A DNA stretch of 63,985 bases, filler included, from Hausera hauseri (taxonomy: Eukaryota), in the NCBI GenBank assembly GCA_046269625.1. It is 11 parts of 11 records of this genome, joined end to end, with 100 filler letters (N's around TTAATTAATTAA, not from the genome) between each part and the next. Parts side by side here need not be neighbours in the genome. Positions count along the whole stretch, not along the records: positions 9,084 to 15,699 come from JBJURY010081436.1; positions 15,800 to 21,784 come from JBJURY010158200.1; positions 21,885 to 26,646 come from JBJURY010445913.1; 8 more parts are not named here. The stretch is one strand, 5' to 3'. The translations under genes and the position numbers were made by a program. The notes beneath the pieces were generated by a model. That model was given only the letters and a program-made list of their open reading frames with translations, ran no database searches and was not told the origin of the DNA. Positions 11,386-23,447 of the stretch are shown one piece after another (positions within the stretch are counted from its first letter, which is position 1; every line of letters starts with the position of its first letter).

Positions 11386-12341
11386 TCCTTTTCAGTTAGC
11401 GCTGAATCCAGTAGATTCTCCACATTGAAACTCCTGTCCTGCTGACATGTTTCTATTTCGTTTAGTTGTACTGGAGTCGTAACTTCCCCGGCGAGTATCT
11501 CGTCAAAGTATGCATCCCATTCGGGTTCGTTTCCGGTATCCGGCAGTCGATAATCCACTAAAGCTGCATGGGCTCTTTGAATGTTTTCCCGAATTTCCTT
11601 TAATCTAGGTTGTATTTCTTTCATTTGCGTAGTTCGGAAGCCTACTCCATTCCAACAGGCATACTGAATCATTTTCAGTAATTCACCGAATTCGTCAGAG
11701 TCGATCAGTCCTTTTTGGTGACAATCCGTTAATTCAAGAATCACATCCTTTTGCCATCTTTGTACAAATTCTCGTTTATTCTTAATCTCAGATTCGGTGG
11801 AAGCATATCTATTTCGATAGACTCCGAGCTCTTTTGTTATTTCCTCTAACCTTGTCTCTCTTTCTTTTATCTTGATACATGTTTCTTCCACTTTCTGTAT
11901 CTTGAGCATCAACTGCTTCATCTGCTCATCGCTGATTTCTGCCATTTCTACTAATAAATAGGCTAACTCATGCAGCTCATTTATAACCTTTGAATCAGGG
12001 TCAATTGCATCCGATAATTTCTTTACAAACTTGTGTTCCTGAAAGCTGAAATGTGGGTCGTTTCCGATTTCTATCAACTTGGTATGGAAATTTTGGTCTG
12101 ATCCGGCCATCCATTCTTGAGGTTTGTGTAAAAACCTTATTGTATCCGTTAACGTATCTCGATATCCTGGACAAATGTCCAAGATTTCAATGTCTGGTAC
12201 AGAAATTTCGTCAATTGGTTTCCCGGTTAAATATGGAATCCCTTCTAGTCGGACAATCCTTAACTTTGAATTTACATCGTAAATCATATTCCGTTTCTCC
12301 GTAAAGTTCGTCTTTTCAATCAAGTAGTAGATTTCCTCCAT
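11382..12341 (-). CDS. Helical/coiled-coil protein segment of unknown function (probably a frameshifted part of one long ORF with 12320-12886 and 10657-11385)
   Basis: 319-aa ORF with an E/K/L-rich heptad region; abuts same-strand ORFs on both sides; no RT, RNase H or integrase motifs. Confidence 0.55.
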   Translation of the reverse strand: MEEIYYLIEKTNFTEKRNMIYDVNSKLRIVRLEGIPYLTGKPIDEISVPDIEILDICPGYRDTLTDTIRFLHKPQEWMAGSDQNFHTKLIEIGNDPHFSFQEHKFVKKLSDAIDPDSKVINELHELAYLLVEMAEISDEQMKQLMLKIQKVEETCIKIKERETRLEEITKELGVYRNRYASTESEIKNKREFVQRWQKDVILELTDCHQKGLIDSDEFGELLKMIQYACWNGVGFRTTQMKEIQPRLKEIRENIQRAHAALVDYRLPDTGNEPEWDAYFDEILAGEVTTPVQLNEIETCQQDRSFNVENLLDSALTEKD

Positions 12342-13789
12342 AATCGACGCTTCCCGTTCCTTTTCATCAATTTTAGTCGTCGTATCGCTTCAAATTGAGT
12401 ACGGATGTCTATTTCTATCCGCAACGTGGCTAAATCGTGTGCACTTTCCTCTAGTTGCTTCTTCACCGTTGGCTCACTTTGCGGAAATTCTGTTTTACGA
12501 TCTTCTACCAATTTAGTTAGTCGCGTTACTAATTCGGACCATTCCTACAGTTGATTTGCGATTACAGGTTTCGCCATTATGGCTTTATCTAGCATCTTAT
12601 AGGCATCTTCTAACTCATCGTCTGGTCCTTTTAGGAAATTCTTAACTCGACCGTCATAACTAAACTCGACCTTATACTCGTCCAATTCTACGATACAAGC
12701 TTTTACTGTATATTGAGTATCCTCGTTATTTGGGAACATAATTCGATTTCTCAAATTATAAACCTGTGCTCGTATTTCGTTTTCTATTTTCATACGATCC
12801 CCTAAATTCGTATACTGTCTAGATACGGCGAACGTGAGTTTAATCATCTCCATTAAGGGAGGAATATCTACTAGGTCTATACCCAATATTTATAAGTCGA
12901 TATTACTTTGATTACTGACCGGTTTTCTTTGAGCCGGTGGATCAATACAAGGCAAATTTCATTCATCATACGTTCTAAACTACGAGCTGCTCGTTTTAAT
13001 TTCGGGTTTGTTTCTCAATTTCCTTAATTCATTGGCGTTTTTCCATGAATGACGGACTTTCCACTTCTTGAGATCGAAATCATCAGTATTCATTGTTTCT
13101 TTCTCACTAGTAGGAAGTGGGCAGATCTCGTTAATTTCATTGATTTCCTCTATAGGCTCCGCTACTCCGACAGGTGTGTGTGAACCAATTTCTGGTGTAT
13201 TCAAACTGTGGTCCGTGTCGCTTCCTACAACGACATTCGGGTTTTCCATTTCTTCAATTTTCTCTCTAGTTATTTTAGAGCGTGAACGACTTCTTCCTTT
13301 CGTTTTTAGAAGGGCTACGGCCTCTATTTTTCGTAATTTTAAGTATTAATGGCTCCATAAATTCCTTTTCTGCTGTATCAGCTGTATCATCCTCAGTAAG
13401 CTTAACTACTTTTTCAACTGTAAACTCAGGCTCTGCGTCTAAGTCGACTGTCGTCGATGTGCCTGGTTTATCAGATGGTTTATTGCTTGTCGGAACACTC
13501 TTTTTTCGTGTTATATCGATTCGTTTGGGTGCTATTGCGTGTTCTTATTCAGTTTCTGGTTCTGCTAAGCCATGGTATACTTCTAATAATCTCAGCTCAT
13601 CTCCGTATTCTCTTCTAGCCATCACAATTTGTAAGTTAGTGGTATCCGGCTGAGCATCTAAGAATTTTCTCAAATCCTGTATATCGATGATAGTGCCTGT
13701 ATCCTAACGAATACCATACTTTGCTTCTAAATTCTCACTGATTCTAATCATACTAGTCTTATTTGGCTCAGTAAATGAGACGCTACGTG

Positions 13790-14930
13790 GATTTGGGCAT
13801 GACCTTGAAATGTGTCCAAATTCCCATTCCTGCCGACTCTTTATCGACCGTCTTCGTTCGTCGGTGACTTAGATTTATTTATACACTTATTATACTGGTT
13901 TGACAAACTTTGTGCATTATCAGTGTTTCGTCTATTATCGTTATTTCGGCTATCACCGTTTTGGTTTGAGTAGTTTGAGCCTTTAAAATTTCCTCTATTT
14001 CTATCCCAGTTAGAGTCTGATCTGTTCGTATTTGTATAATTACTACCTCTGCTATTTCTGTAACCGCCACTATTATTCCTATTCCCATAATTTCTGTTAC
14101 CCGAAAGTCGTCTGTCGTCTCTTCCAAAGTTATCATTGCGATTTCTATCATTCCGGTCATTCCGATCATTATTCCAGTCGTTTCTATCATTATATCTGGC
14201 GTATCTATCTAGCGCCATTTCTAAATCTTGAGCTAGTCGTAACGTTCCTTCAAAATTCTCAGGTCTAGCCAAAATCAATTCTTTAACTAAGTCTCGCGAC
14301 CAAATACCATTTATTAGTTGCGTCGTCATCATCACATCTAAATCTGGTGGTGAGGCCTTCTCCTCGGCGTCACGTTCCGCATCTGTCTTAGCTTTAGCTA
14401 CGTTGGCTATCCTTAATGTAATAATATAACTATTAGCAAGCTTCTTCAACGCAAATGCGAACTGGGTTACCGATTCACCCTTTTGCTGTACTCTGTTCTG
14501 AAATACCATAAGTTTTTGTTGCGGCGTTACTGTCGGCAACAGTTTGCGATTTAATGCTCCTACCAGGGAGGATCAAGATTTCTTCTTGTCATTAGTGAGT
14601 TCACTATAGGCATCAGCGGCTAAGTTTTTCAAATACAACGACAATCGCTTAATCATCACTTCAGGAGTAAGACTACACCTTTTGCGGTCAATTTATAAGT
14701 CCTCAAGAACTCATTAAGTCCGTCTGGATCTCCGTCATATGCCGGCAAGTTTAGGGAATCGAACGTGAAAATATCCAGTTTCTGCGCTACTGCTGGATTA
14801 CCTGCTGCAATATTATTTATGTCTTTTGGCTCTAAATTTGCTTTATTTACTTTAGGTTTCTCAAGTGGAATTTTAAACTGTTTATTTTGCCTGACAACGT
14901 CTAATTTGTTCTATTCTCGGAATTTGATTG
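13790..14930 (-). pseudogene. gag: Ty3/Gypsy-like gag, disrupted
   Basis: LPAYDGDP..EFL..RLSLYLKNLAADAY; MHR-like FQNRVQQKGESVTQFAFALKKLA; QLINGI...PENFEGTLRLAQDLE; N/R/D-rich tail; zinc-knuckle remnant EFGHISRSCP near 13795-13825. Contains stops and frameshifts. Confidence 0.8.
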
Positions 14931-15183
14931 TTTATCTACCTTTTCTGTTTCTCTATATATATTTCGACGTGTCTCACGTACAGATGAATTGTCTTTTAAT
15001 ATATTATTTATTCCTGACCTATGAATGTTTGTTCTCAATTAAGTTTTGCTTACTTATCCCCGTCAAAATAGCCTATGTACCCAAATTTTAAATTTCGATT
15101 CTGAATAAATCAAACCACTTGATGTAATGGCGCTGTTCGCCGGTATGTAATTATTTAAATCTAATAAGTAAAGTCTAGCGAGG

Positions 15184-15200
15184 TCCTGCTAGGGTCGTCA
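15184..15200 (-). promoter_or_regulatory. Probable primer-binding site (tRNA-Arg-like)
   Basis: Minus strand reads ...TATAACA-TT-TGACGACCCTAGCAGGA, resembling a TGGCGACC..GCAGGA PBS directly after an LTR-terminal CA, upstream of gag. Confidence 0.55.
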
Positions 15201-15202
15201 AA

Positions 15203-15699
15203 TGTTATATATTTTGGTGGCCCTAACCGTCTCCCACTATGTAACAGTAAGTTTTACTTGAAGTTATTTTGCTATGCGGTTCGGTCTACCGTTATCGCGT
15301 AGACAGAATGTACCTTAACGATTTTGAAATCTCTGTGCGGGTATATGCGTGCGGTCCTGTGCTAATGGTTTCAATATATCTCTCTTAACTATGTAGTTTA
15401 CGTATAGATTTTGACCTTAAGGACGTCTAATCACCATTAAGGGGCAAAGGAAAACTATAAGGAATTTAAATACAACAGATTATATTAATAAAACAATTAC
15501 CAATTGATGCTACACGGTATCGATCAAATATTCACTTTATAAAGTCTTTAAAATTCGCTAAATCGGCGTCTTGGTTCTGAACAATCTTCTAAACTCTGCA
15601 ATTTCAACACAATCGTACACACTCAATTAGACTTCAAAAATTTCTGACTCTATCTCGATTTTGCCAGCCTTATATAGCTCTACCAGCTCAGTTAATTTC
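15203..15699 (-). mobile_element. Partial 5' LTR of the gag/glycoprotein element
   Basis: Ends in CA next to the PBS; TATA-like CTATATAAG on the minus strand near 15670-15678; truncated by the contig end. Confidence 0.45.
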
Positions 15700-16006
15700 N
15701 NNNNNNNNNNNNNNNNNNNNNNNNNNNNNNNNNNNNNNNNNNNTTAATTAATTAANNNNNNNNNNNNNNNNNNNNNNNNNNNNNNNNNNNNNNNNNNNNT
15801 AAATTACATATAATTAGTGTAAATAAATTTTATCGTTATGTTTTATATTAAGAATGAAAATGGAGTCCTAATATTGATTCACCAACTTTTTATGACGCAT
15901 TGGCGTCTTACCTGATTGCAAATCAAATGTATCATATTTTTTCCAATCAAACAGCTATGCCAAATAACCTAAAGTGTGAGAAACTCCAACTCTATCCCAG
16001 ACAAAT

Positions 16007-16885
16007 GTGTATGCAACAAACATCAACCGATATCACCGATTCATTTTTCCAATGATTCTTACCGACCAGCAACGAAAATTGCATATCATTGCCATTCATC
16101 TCACCAATGGCAAAATAACTGTCAATATCAACTATAATGATCCTATATTTGACATCAATCACGAATTACTCGATAACTTTAGTGTGATTACCACAATCCC
16201 GCCTGTGGACATATTGTCTTTTACCATTTCTTCTATAACCAACTGTATATACGTTGTTGAAATAATCCAACCAAAGTTAATATACACCATCCACAATGAG
16301 GACTATGGCCAACTGATTCATATACACAAACCACTCTTACCAGTAAATAAATACTCTTTAACACCAGAAGTATTATCACTATCAGACTTAGAATACCTAT
16401 TCACCTTCGACTCCTATAATTACGTCACGACTCAACCTAATCCGACAACTATTAATCAAACCAATATTGATATCGCTATACTAGACTATAAAGGTGAAAT
16501 TTTATTACAGCAACAAATGTACCCCAGACATAAAGTCATCGACTGGTGAACACCCTTTACAGGCATAACAGACGATCTCACCCTAAACAAAATTGATAAC
16601 GAAGACTTCTTACCCCTTATACAAGATATGCTGAAGCATAAATTCATTATAACAATGCAACTTAATCTACTCTTATGCTCATTGAAGCTACCTATCACTG
16701 CAAATTTCTCAACAGACAAAGTACTCATGATTCGTTTAAGTAAGCAATTACTGCATACCACCATCATTCCTACGTATACATCACCGTTAGTTCAAACCCA
16801 TCTACTTAGACAACTGTATTACTACTTACCGAATTCATTTTATATTGAAGACACTGATACTTGTATAGATCTTAAAGCAATTTAA
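16007..16885 (+). pseudogene. DEDDh (REX/ISG20-like) exonuclease-like ORF with one internal TGA
   Basis: ORFs 16007-16549 and 16628-16885 share a frame. IAILDYKGEILL...YPRHKVIDW*TPFTGIT...IQDMLKHKFII aligns by eye to REX4-type VSIVN..GEVVYD.YVKP...VTDYRT..SGI...LLKGRILVGH. Catalytic acidic residues appear mostly lost. Confidence 0.6.
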
Positions 16886-16925
16886 TTAAATCTCAATTAA
16901 TTCTACTTATTTTCAAATTTCCCAG

Positions 16926-17476
16926 AATGTATGGAATTCCGAGTAATCCGCAGAGTCGTATACACACTTACGCCCTGCTTGCACATGCTATATTCATATT
17001 GTATAGATACATCCCAATCCCAGGCAAACCCTATGCCATATTGCCCAATTTGTAAATATGAAATTATGTATTGCATCCAGCATAATGCATATCCATCTGA
17101 TGCTGACCAATCCTTACTGGATGCCAAAACCTTTGAGATTATCAAACCTACAGACCACATTACATATTGCTATACCTGGGATGTGTCAACCCCTTTTTCC
17201 ATCCTATATTTTCAGCTTCACACTTGTTGTTCATGTCACAAACCCATTAAAACAATCTACAAATTTAGTTCCTGTAATGCCGAATATTGTTCCCATTGTT
17301 ACCAAATGGAATCTCACCATCGACATCTGATATACAGCATATGTTATTTTTATCCACAGTTCATATATTATTACTTCCACCACCCTACAAGAGCTCTCCT
17401 TACTATTACTAACACGTTAATTCCTCAAATTACTTCCAACAAGATACTTCCGATTAGAGCAACAATCGTCAGCTAG
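16926..17476 (+). CDS. Degenerate RING/Cys-rich protein
   Basis: LTPCLHMLYSYC...YCPIC and CCSC...CNAEYCSHC; acceptor ttcccAG at 16924-16925. Confidence 0.5.
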
Positions 17477-18189
17477 AATTCAATTTCCCATCAATCGTTT
17501 TAGCCCATCCACAATAGTTAGACCACTACCAATTACATACCAAGCACCCTTACCCCACATAAACGTCACGTCTCTTCTACGTCAACCATCGTAAATACAG
17601 CATCCACGTTATCATCCTGAACAGATTATTAGACCATTACCTTCATTACCAGTACCTACACCTCCAATAACACCTATACCGACTATATCTTCTAGTCCTC
17701 CACTACCAGCATTATTACATCAAGATTGGTTTCCAGTTCTAAATAGATGTCCTATCCACCTCATTTACTATCTAGCCTCACCTGATCTTCGGGCATCATT
17801 GTAATCCTTTTCCATGATCAGCTTCTAACGTACGAATGTACTACATGTCTTACTCAACGTATACTGTGGCTCAATTTCAATGTAACCATAATCTATGTGC
17901 AACATGTTTCAAAAAACTTCGCTCCCAATTCCCTCAATCCATTGACCCGAACAATGCACTTCGAATAACCTTCCAGAACGGCATTTCATATCCATAATGC
18001 CGTCAACCATCAGTTTATTACGAGTGCTCATACACCTACGACAATCGTACCCAACGACTAAGCCAGTACATCAATCATCTGAACGATGCGACATTAACAG
18101 TCAAACGCAGAAATCTCAGTTACATCGATGTCAGTACCCAGAGCTATCCGGAGGACCGAATCCTCTTTTACAAGGGAGGGAGAAATAAC

Positions 18190-18625
18190 CACAGGGTTTT
18201 CGTTTATTCGTAGAATCTCCTTCGCTCTTTTGAATCCTTCTTCATTTGTCACTTTTCGAACAAATTTTGCTTCTAAGTTGCAAATATCATACCTTTGTTC
18301 CTCCCCATCTTTCTGTCTCCAATCTATTTCGATTCCAAAAGTCTTTTGTAGTTCCATTCCTCCTATTATTTCTGGTGATATGTCTATCAGTACTATGAAA
18401 GTTACGCGCTTCTGTACTACTTTGAGTTCCACATTTATGGACAGTTTACCCATGCGGTCTAGCGGACTACCATTTGCACAACGGAGTATAATATCTAATT
18501 TCTCCAGCTGGACATCTGTTAATCTTTCAAAAATCTTCCTACTCATCACGTTCACCCGTGCCCCTGTGTCCAATAGGCAGTCTTCCCAACTATTTTGTAC
18601 CTTTATTCTTTACCTGGCCGTCCTT
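18190..18625 (-). pseudogene. Retropepsin (Ty3/Gypsy aspartic protease) fragment
   Basis: CLLDTGARVNVMS...LRCANGSPL..MG...IIGGMELQKTFGI. Confidence 0.85.
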
Positions 18626-18639
18626 GTAGTTTATCGTAC

Positions 18640-21330
18640 GTGATACTCTTTTCCGTCAGTTCTTCCATGGAAAAAAGTGATCTTTTTGGAAAAAGTAACC
18701 CTTTGAACGCCCTTAGCTGTCTTTTTGATCTGACCTTTTACAACAGTTTTATGCATTTTGGACATAAGAGCTACAAATATCGAATTAATTATCTCATTCA
18801 CCTCGTCTTTGAATTTCCCAATGAACTTTTTGTTACATATTGAATAATTGGGATGTTCCTTCGGAAAATCTGAGGTATTCATGTGATGTGTCAATTGGAC
18901 AAAGTCCGTATAAATATCATCTGTATGGATCTGATAGATGGAACTATCAGTATCCTTATACATCAGCTTTATGGACTCGAACTTTGGGACCATGATGTCA
19001 TAGTGGAATTTGTACATCAAGGATTTTGACAGGTCCAATATTTCCATACCCACATATACAAGCTTGTTGAATTGCAAGGGTGTTTTCAGCATATGAATGT
19101 TGACTAATTTCTCCATATATATATGATGCTGCTGTGGAAATTGGGCTTGACAATGAGCTTCTTTGCCCACTTCCACTCAGAGAACAGTTCGATGTTGATC
19201 CTGTTGCGGATATTCTTCATGGTTTTGCCAAAAACGCTGTTGTTGTAAAGCTTAAACTGGTCCTTCTCAAAGTCGTTCTTGACATTTGTCCACAACTTCG
19301 TATTGAGATCTATGTTGAGCTGCAGTCAGTTAGACTGGCTGAACTGCATGGCCCGATGGATCTTAGTAATGCGGAGTCCATTCCTGACCGCCTGCTGGAG
19401 ATTTATGTAGAGGGCTACATACCTCTCCTTATTACCCATGTGGCAGAGCAGTTTTCTCTGCTTTCCATGGGGCGGAGCCTTGCTCTCAATGAGGAAATGC
19501 AGCTGTTTATGCCTTGTGTGGATAGAAGCTGGATATTTCCATATCTACCGCCAGCATGTATCCCGTATCTCCAGTGGGATCAAGGGCCAATATAGGGATG
19601 TTTTCAGGATGCTCGATCAACTTGAAGTTATCATATGGCAATGGGGCACTCATTGCCCATCCATATAGGATGTTGGCATCCAGATATGATATATATGAGG
19701 ATTCCTTGGATGGATAATACTGGGCAATATACTTGTTGTTGGCCTCACTATACCGCCGAATGGCCTGGCATATTCCACTCTAATGCTTCTCTCGATAATA
19801 AGGATCATGTCGTAACACTTATTGATCTGCAGCCTGACACCTGTATACCTCAGCATAGCTGACCAACTCATACCTTGCGCCTTAAAGAAGTGAGCCGGAT
19901 CCCAAGCATGGCTGTTTATCGCAACATCCCTGAAACTCTCAAAGACGTCCCTCAGAAGCAGCACATCCGTCTTGAGGTATATGTCAGTGTATTCACCTAA
20001 TGTTCGGCATTGAAATACATGCCAGACATTCTGAGCATGCTGGTAGTCCATATCGCTGATATCGCAATCAAAGAGGATATTGTAAAAGTCCTTTTTGGCC
20101 AGCAATGGGGTCTCATGCAGTGTTCCCATGATGTTATGTAGTCATAGGGAAACACGCCTTTCTTTTTGACGAGGTCAAATGTAGTGTGAAAGAACCGCTT
20201 CGTCTCCTTGAGTTCTCCTGCAGGGAGGTTCTTCACTAAACTGCCAAGTGAAGAGGACATGAACCGGAAAATGTCTACGAAGCGAAACCTGATTTTCCCA
20301 ACATGCTTGGTAAAGGTGATGTATGTTTTCTCACTATTAGGGATCACATCAATGTTTCCTTCAATGCTGTCCAATTCACGAACAATGAAATGGGAATCAT
20401 AACCACTGAGATTATGGAACACTACAGGCACATACGTACGTGTTTTGCAACGTAGATTGTAATTGTTGCATGTCGAGTCTCGATATTTGCCTGTAAAATG
20501 GCAATGATCCCTAACTTTATAATTATCCTTAGTGAATGATTTGGAGTACAAGTAACATGCTGTTGCCTTGCACCATTTTTCTTGCTTCTTCGACATGCTC
20601 ATTGTATCCTTATGCTGCTGCTGAATATCTAAAATCCTATGAGCCATATCTTCAAGTCCATTCATGAAATGAGCTGCCGCGCCTGGACCCCTGAATAGAT
20701 ATGGTTCACGCCCATTTCAGTATTGCATATCCGCAGGAGATAGAATTTATCATCCTCGTCCAATCACAAGATATTGTTGACATTTCCTAATTTTTTAACT
20801 TCATCTCTGGATGGAGGGAACTTGCTACATTGGAGATCATAGTTGTGTTACACATACTTATATAGCCAAATGCGTGAAACATGATTTTTATCCGTTACTA
20901 GTTTTGATAAAATGGCATACATGAAACAAATGTTGCCGTTATTATAGACATTGACATAGCTACCCAATCAGGGAGCTGAATATATGAACTGCCCCGCATT
21001 GTAGAGTACTTGTGAATATACACAATCAATCTCTTGACGGTTGCCAGAATCCATCCGTTCTTCTTAATATGGCTCTCCCCGGCTTCACGGATCAGCTTCT
21101 CGTGCGCCTCTTGCATACATTCTGCTATATTGGTGTTTTCCAATATGGGTCAATTTTTGGTTTTGAAGGCCCTCTTGGATTATGTTTCATCAACATTGAT
21201 GTATGTGGCCTCCAGTATCATATTCACCTTAAGGGCTTTGAGCTCAGTCATGTTGTCATGAAGAATTCCCCCTGTCTCGTCCTTTGTATATAAGAGGAAG
21301 TCTTGGTGGGTCGTTTAATCAGTTGCCTCA
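18640..21330 (-). pseudogene. Polinton/Maverick-type protein-primed DNA polymerase B, frameshifted
   Basis: RGSSYIQLPDW; VRDHCHFTGKYR; VVFHNLSGYDSHFI; KKGVFPYDY; YLKTDVLLL.DVFESFR; KLYNNSVFGKTM; YKDTDS; GKFKDE, spread over several frames. Confidence 0.9.
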
Positions 21331-22138
21331 ATGACATATCTGAGGCATTTTCTTTTTAATTCTGCTGCATCAACTGGCCGCTGTCTTTGGCTTTTTGATG
21401 GAGCCGGTGCGTTTGATGTGGCCGTGCCTGATGTAGCTACGCCTGATGCTGCTGCGCCTGATGCTGCTGCTTATGATGCTGCTACGCATCATGCGGTCGC
21501 GCGTTTCAATTTTTTAATATGCATTGAGCTGCTTCACCAGATCCAGCGGCATAATGCGAGACAGAATACTGTGAAGCATCAAACTGCGAAGCACATGCAT
21601 CAAAATTATCTTGCTCATTAAAGATGGCCTTTTTTGACTTTGATGCGAAGTGACTCAAATGATGTTTGTGATCATAACAGAACTGTATGTAATCTGCGCG
21701 GCATACCGTCTCACATCCTGGGCATATATAATAGAGGATCCTATTGAATTTGTATCCATAATAGCTCCTCATGGCATTATGACANNNNNNNNNNNNNNNN
21801 NNNNNNNNNNNNNNNNNNNNNNNNNNNNTTAATTAATTAANNNNNNNNNNNNNNNNNNNNNNNNNNNNNNNNNNNNNNNNNNNNTATTTTGACATATTTT
21901 AGGTTTGTCAAAAGAGAGGGAATTGAAGAGATTTTATTGATGATTAACTAAATGTTACATGTCGTTTTTAAGTTTAACTTTCTGATCATAGCAGGTTACA
22001 AGGGCAAATAGAAGAGAAATGGGTGAATGTGCCTGTGAGAAAAAAAAAATGTTATCTGAGAGAAAACTAATGATCTTTTTTTTTGTGTAAGCAGTTTTTT
22101 TTGTCTCAACAGCTTGATGTTTCCTTGGTCTTTGCTGT

Positions 22139-23446
22139 TTGGACGATCGAGGCCGCCCAGAGGACAACGTGGGAGGCGTTGGGGGCAAGCACCCGTCAGA
22201 TGGGGGTGCAGGACCTTTGGTCATCGTGTACCTCGTCGTAGGTGCCATGGTTCTGCTGGAGAACGCCTTCTCCCTGACACCAGGACAGGTGCTGATTAAG
22301 GTGGAACAAGAGAGTTTCAGCCTCTCCTGGGCAAGAAACAACAAAGTGAACAGAACACCAGGACATTTTTCATGTCCGGTCCGAAAGCAAATCCTGATGA
22401 AAGAAATAAAATGGCAAGCGGAGATGTGGACTAGTACGGAGTCCATATTACAAAATGTGACAAAAGCATTGAACTGGACAGTATGTACTTTGCAGGTTTT
22501 ATATGCACAGCTGCAAAAAGAACGGTTCCACAGGGTGGTGACGTCATCTAACCATCATGAGTGGCGTAAGCTCTGGAACATAACAAACGATCAATGGTTA
22601 ACGTTATCACCTGAACACACTATATGTGATGACAAAATGTGTAAAGGACATTGGACACAACATGTGGTAGAATGTAATACTACTGTATGTAGGTACCATG
22701 TTCTCCCTGTGATAACCATTCAAGGTTATTGGTTTCTACATGTGAAAGGTAATTGGTTTGAGCCACAGACAAACCTAACCTATGATTTAGACTTATGCGA
22801 GACAGCTGATAAAGGGGTGGTATGTATGCTACAAACAGGTCATGTTAACCCATGCTTAATTAAAGACGAAGTACTGTGTGATTGGACTTTTGAATCAGCT
22901 AGAGACATGCTATGGCAAATAGGCCCACACACTTTGTGCGTAGCAACAATAAAAAGTCACCCACAGTTACCATTTGTACCTTTCTCTGGATGTGTGTATG
23001 ATGTACACTTATGGAATTGGAACAATCAGACTTATAGGTTGACTAAATACAGCACCAAGGAACGTCTTTCAGAAGTGCAATGGCAGGTATTGCAGTTTCC
23101 TTGGCAGATTTCCCTAGATCAGTTCAAGTGCGCATTGAACGGATCTATGGAGCTAAAACGACTGATTGAGTCACATCAAAAGAATGTGTCCGACTTAACA
23201 GTGTCAACATACATCGCCCAGGGACAGGTCCTGCATGCGGCTAAACTCATTGAACAATCATCCGCACATCACTGGTGGGACATATTTTCAGGTATGTCCT
23301 CAACGGCGCGGAAGTATGTAGTCCCTCCTTTGCTTGCGCTTATTTTGTGTGTTGCAATATTAACTTTATGTAATTTAGGCACGTGTTTTTATATCAGGAG
23401 AGTTAAAAACAGGATTAACTGGAAAATTTATAATTCGGCCACTTAA
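22139..23446 (+). CDS. env: Envelope-like glycoprotein (ERV-S/snakehead-retrovirus-like), short
   Basis: N-terminal hydrophobic LVIVYLVVGAMVLL; Cys/Trp-rich ectodomain with N-glycosylation sequons; HHWWDIFSGMSSTA before the TM segment PLLALILCVAILTLCNLG. Track start is TTG; first ATG (GCCATGG) is near 22247. Confidence 0.8.
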   Translation: MDDRGRPEDNVGGVGGKHPSDGGAGPLVIVYLVVGAMVLLENAFSLTPGQVLIKVEQESFSLSWARNNKVNRTPGHFSCPVRKQILMKEIKWQAEMWTSTESILQNVTKALNWTVCTLQVLYAQLQKERFHRVVTSSNHHEWRKLWNITNDQWLTLSPEHTICDDKMCKGHWTQHVVECNTTVCRYHVLPVITIQGYWFLHVKGNWFEPQTNLTYDLDLCETADKGVVCMLQTGHVNPCLIKDEVLCDWTFESARDMLWQIGPHTLCVATIKSHPQLPFVPFSGCVYDVHLWNWNNQTYRLTKYSTKERLSEVQWQVLQFPWQISLDQFKCALNGSMELKRLIESHQKNVSDLTVSTYIAQGQVLHAAKLIEQSSAHHWWDIFSGMSSTARKYVVPPLLALILCVAILTLCNLGTCFYIRRVKNRINWKIYNSAT

Positions 23447-23447
23447 T

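Noticed and set aside
10148-13653. Plus-strand ORFs 10148-10672, 10841-11098, 11180-11428, 13068-13349, 13282-13653
   Set aside because: S/L/F-rich antisense shadows of the minus-strand coding region.
13690-13705. DTG tripeptide after the gag knuckle as a protease active site
   Set aside because: Preceded by a stop and lacking the hydrophobic-hydrophobic-DTGA context and downstream flap or GxD motifs.
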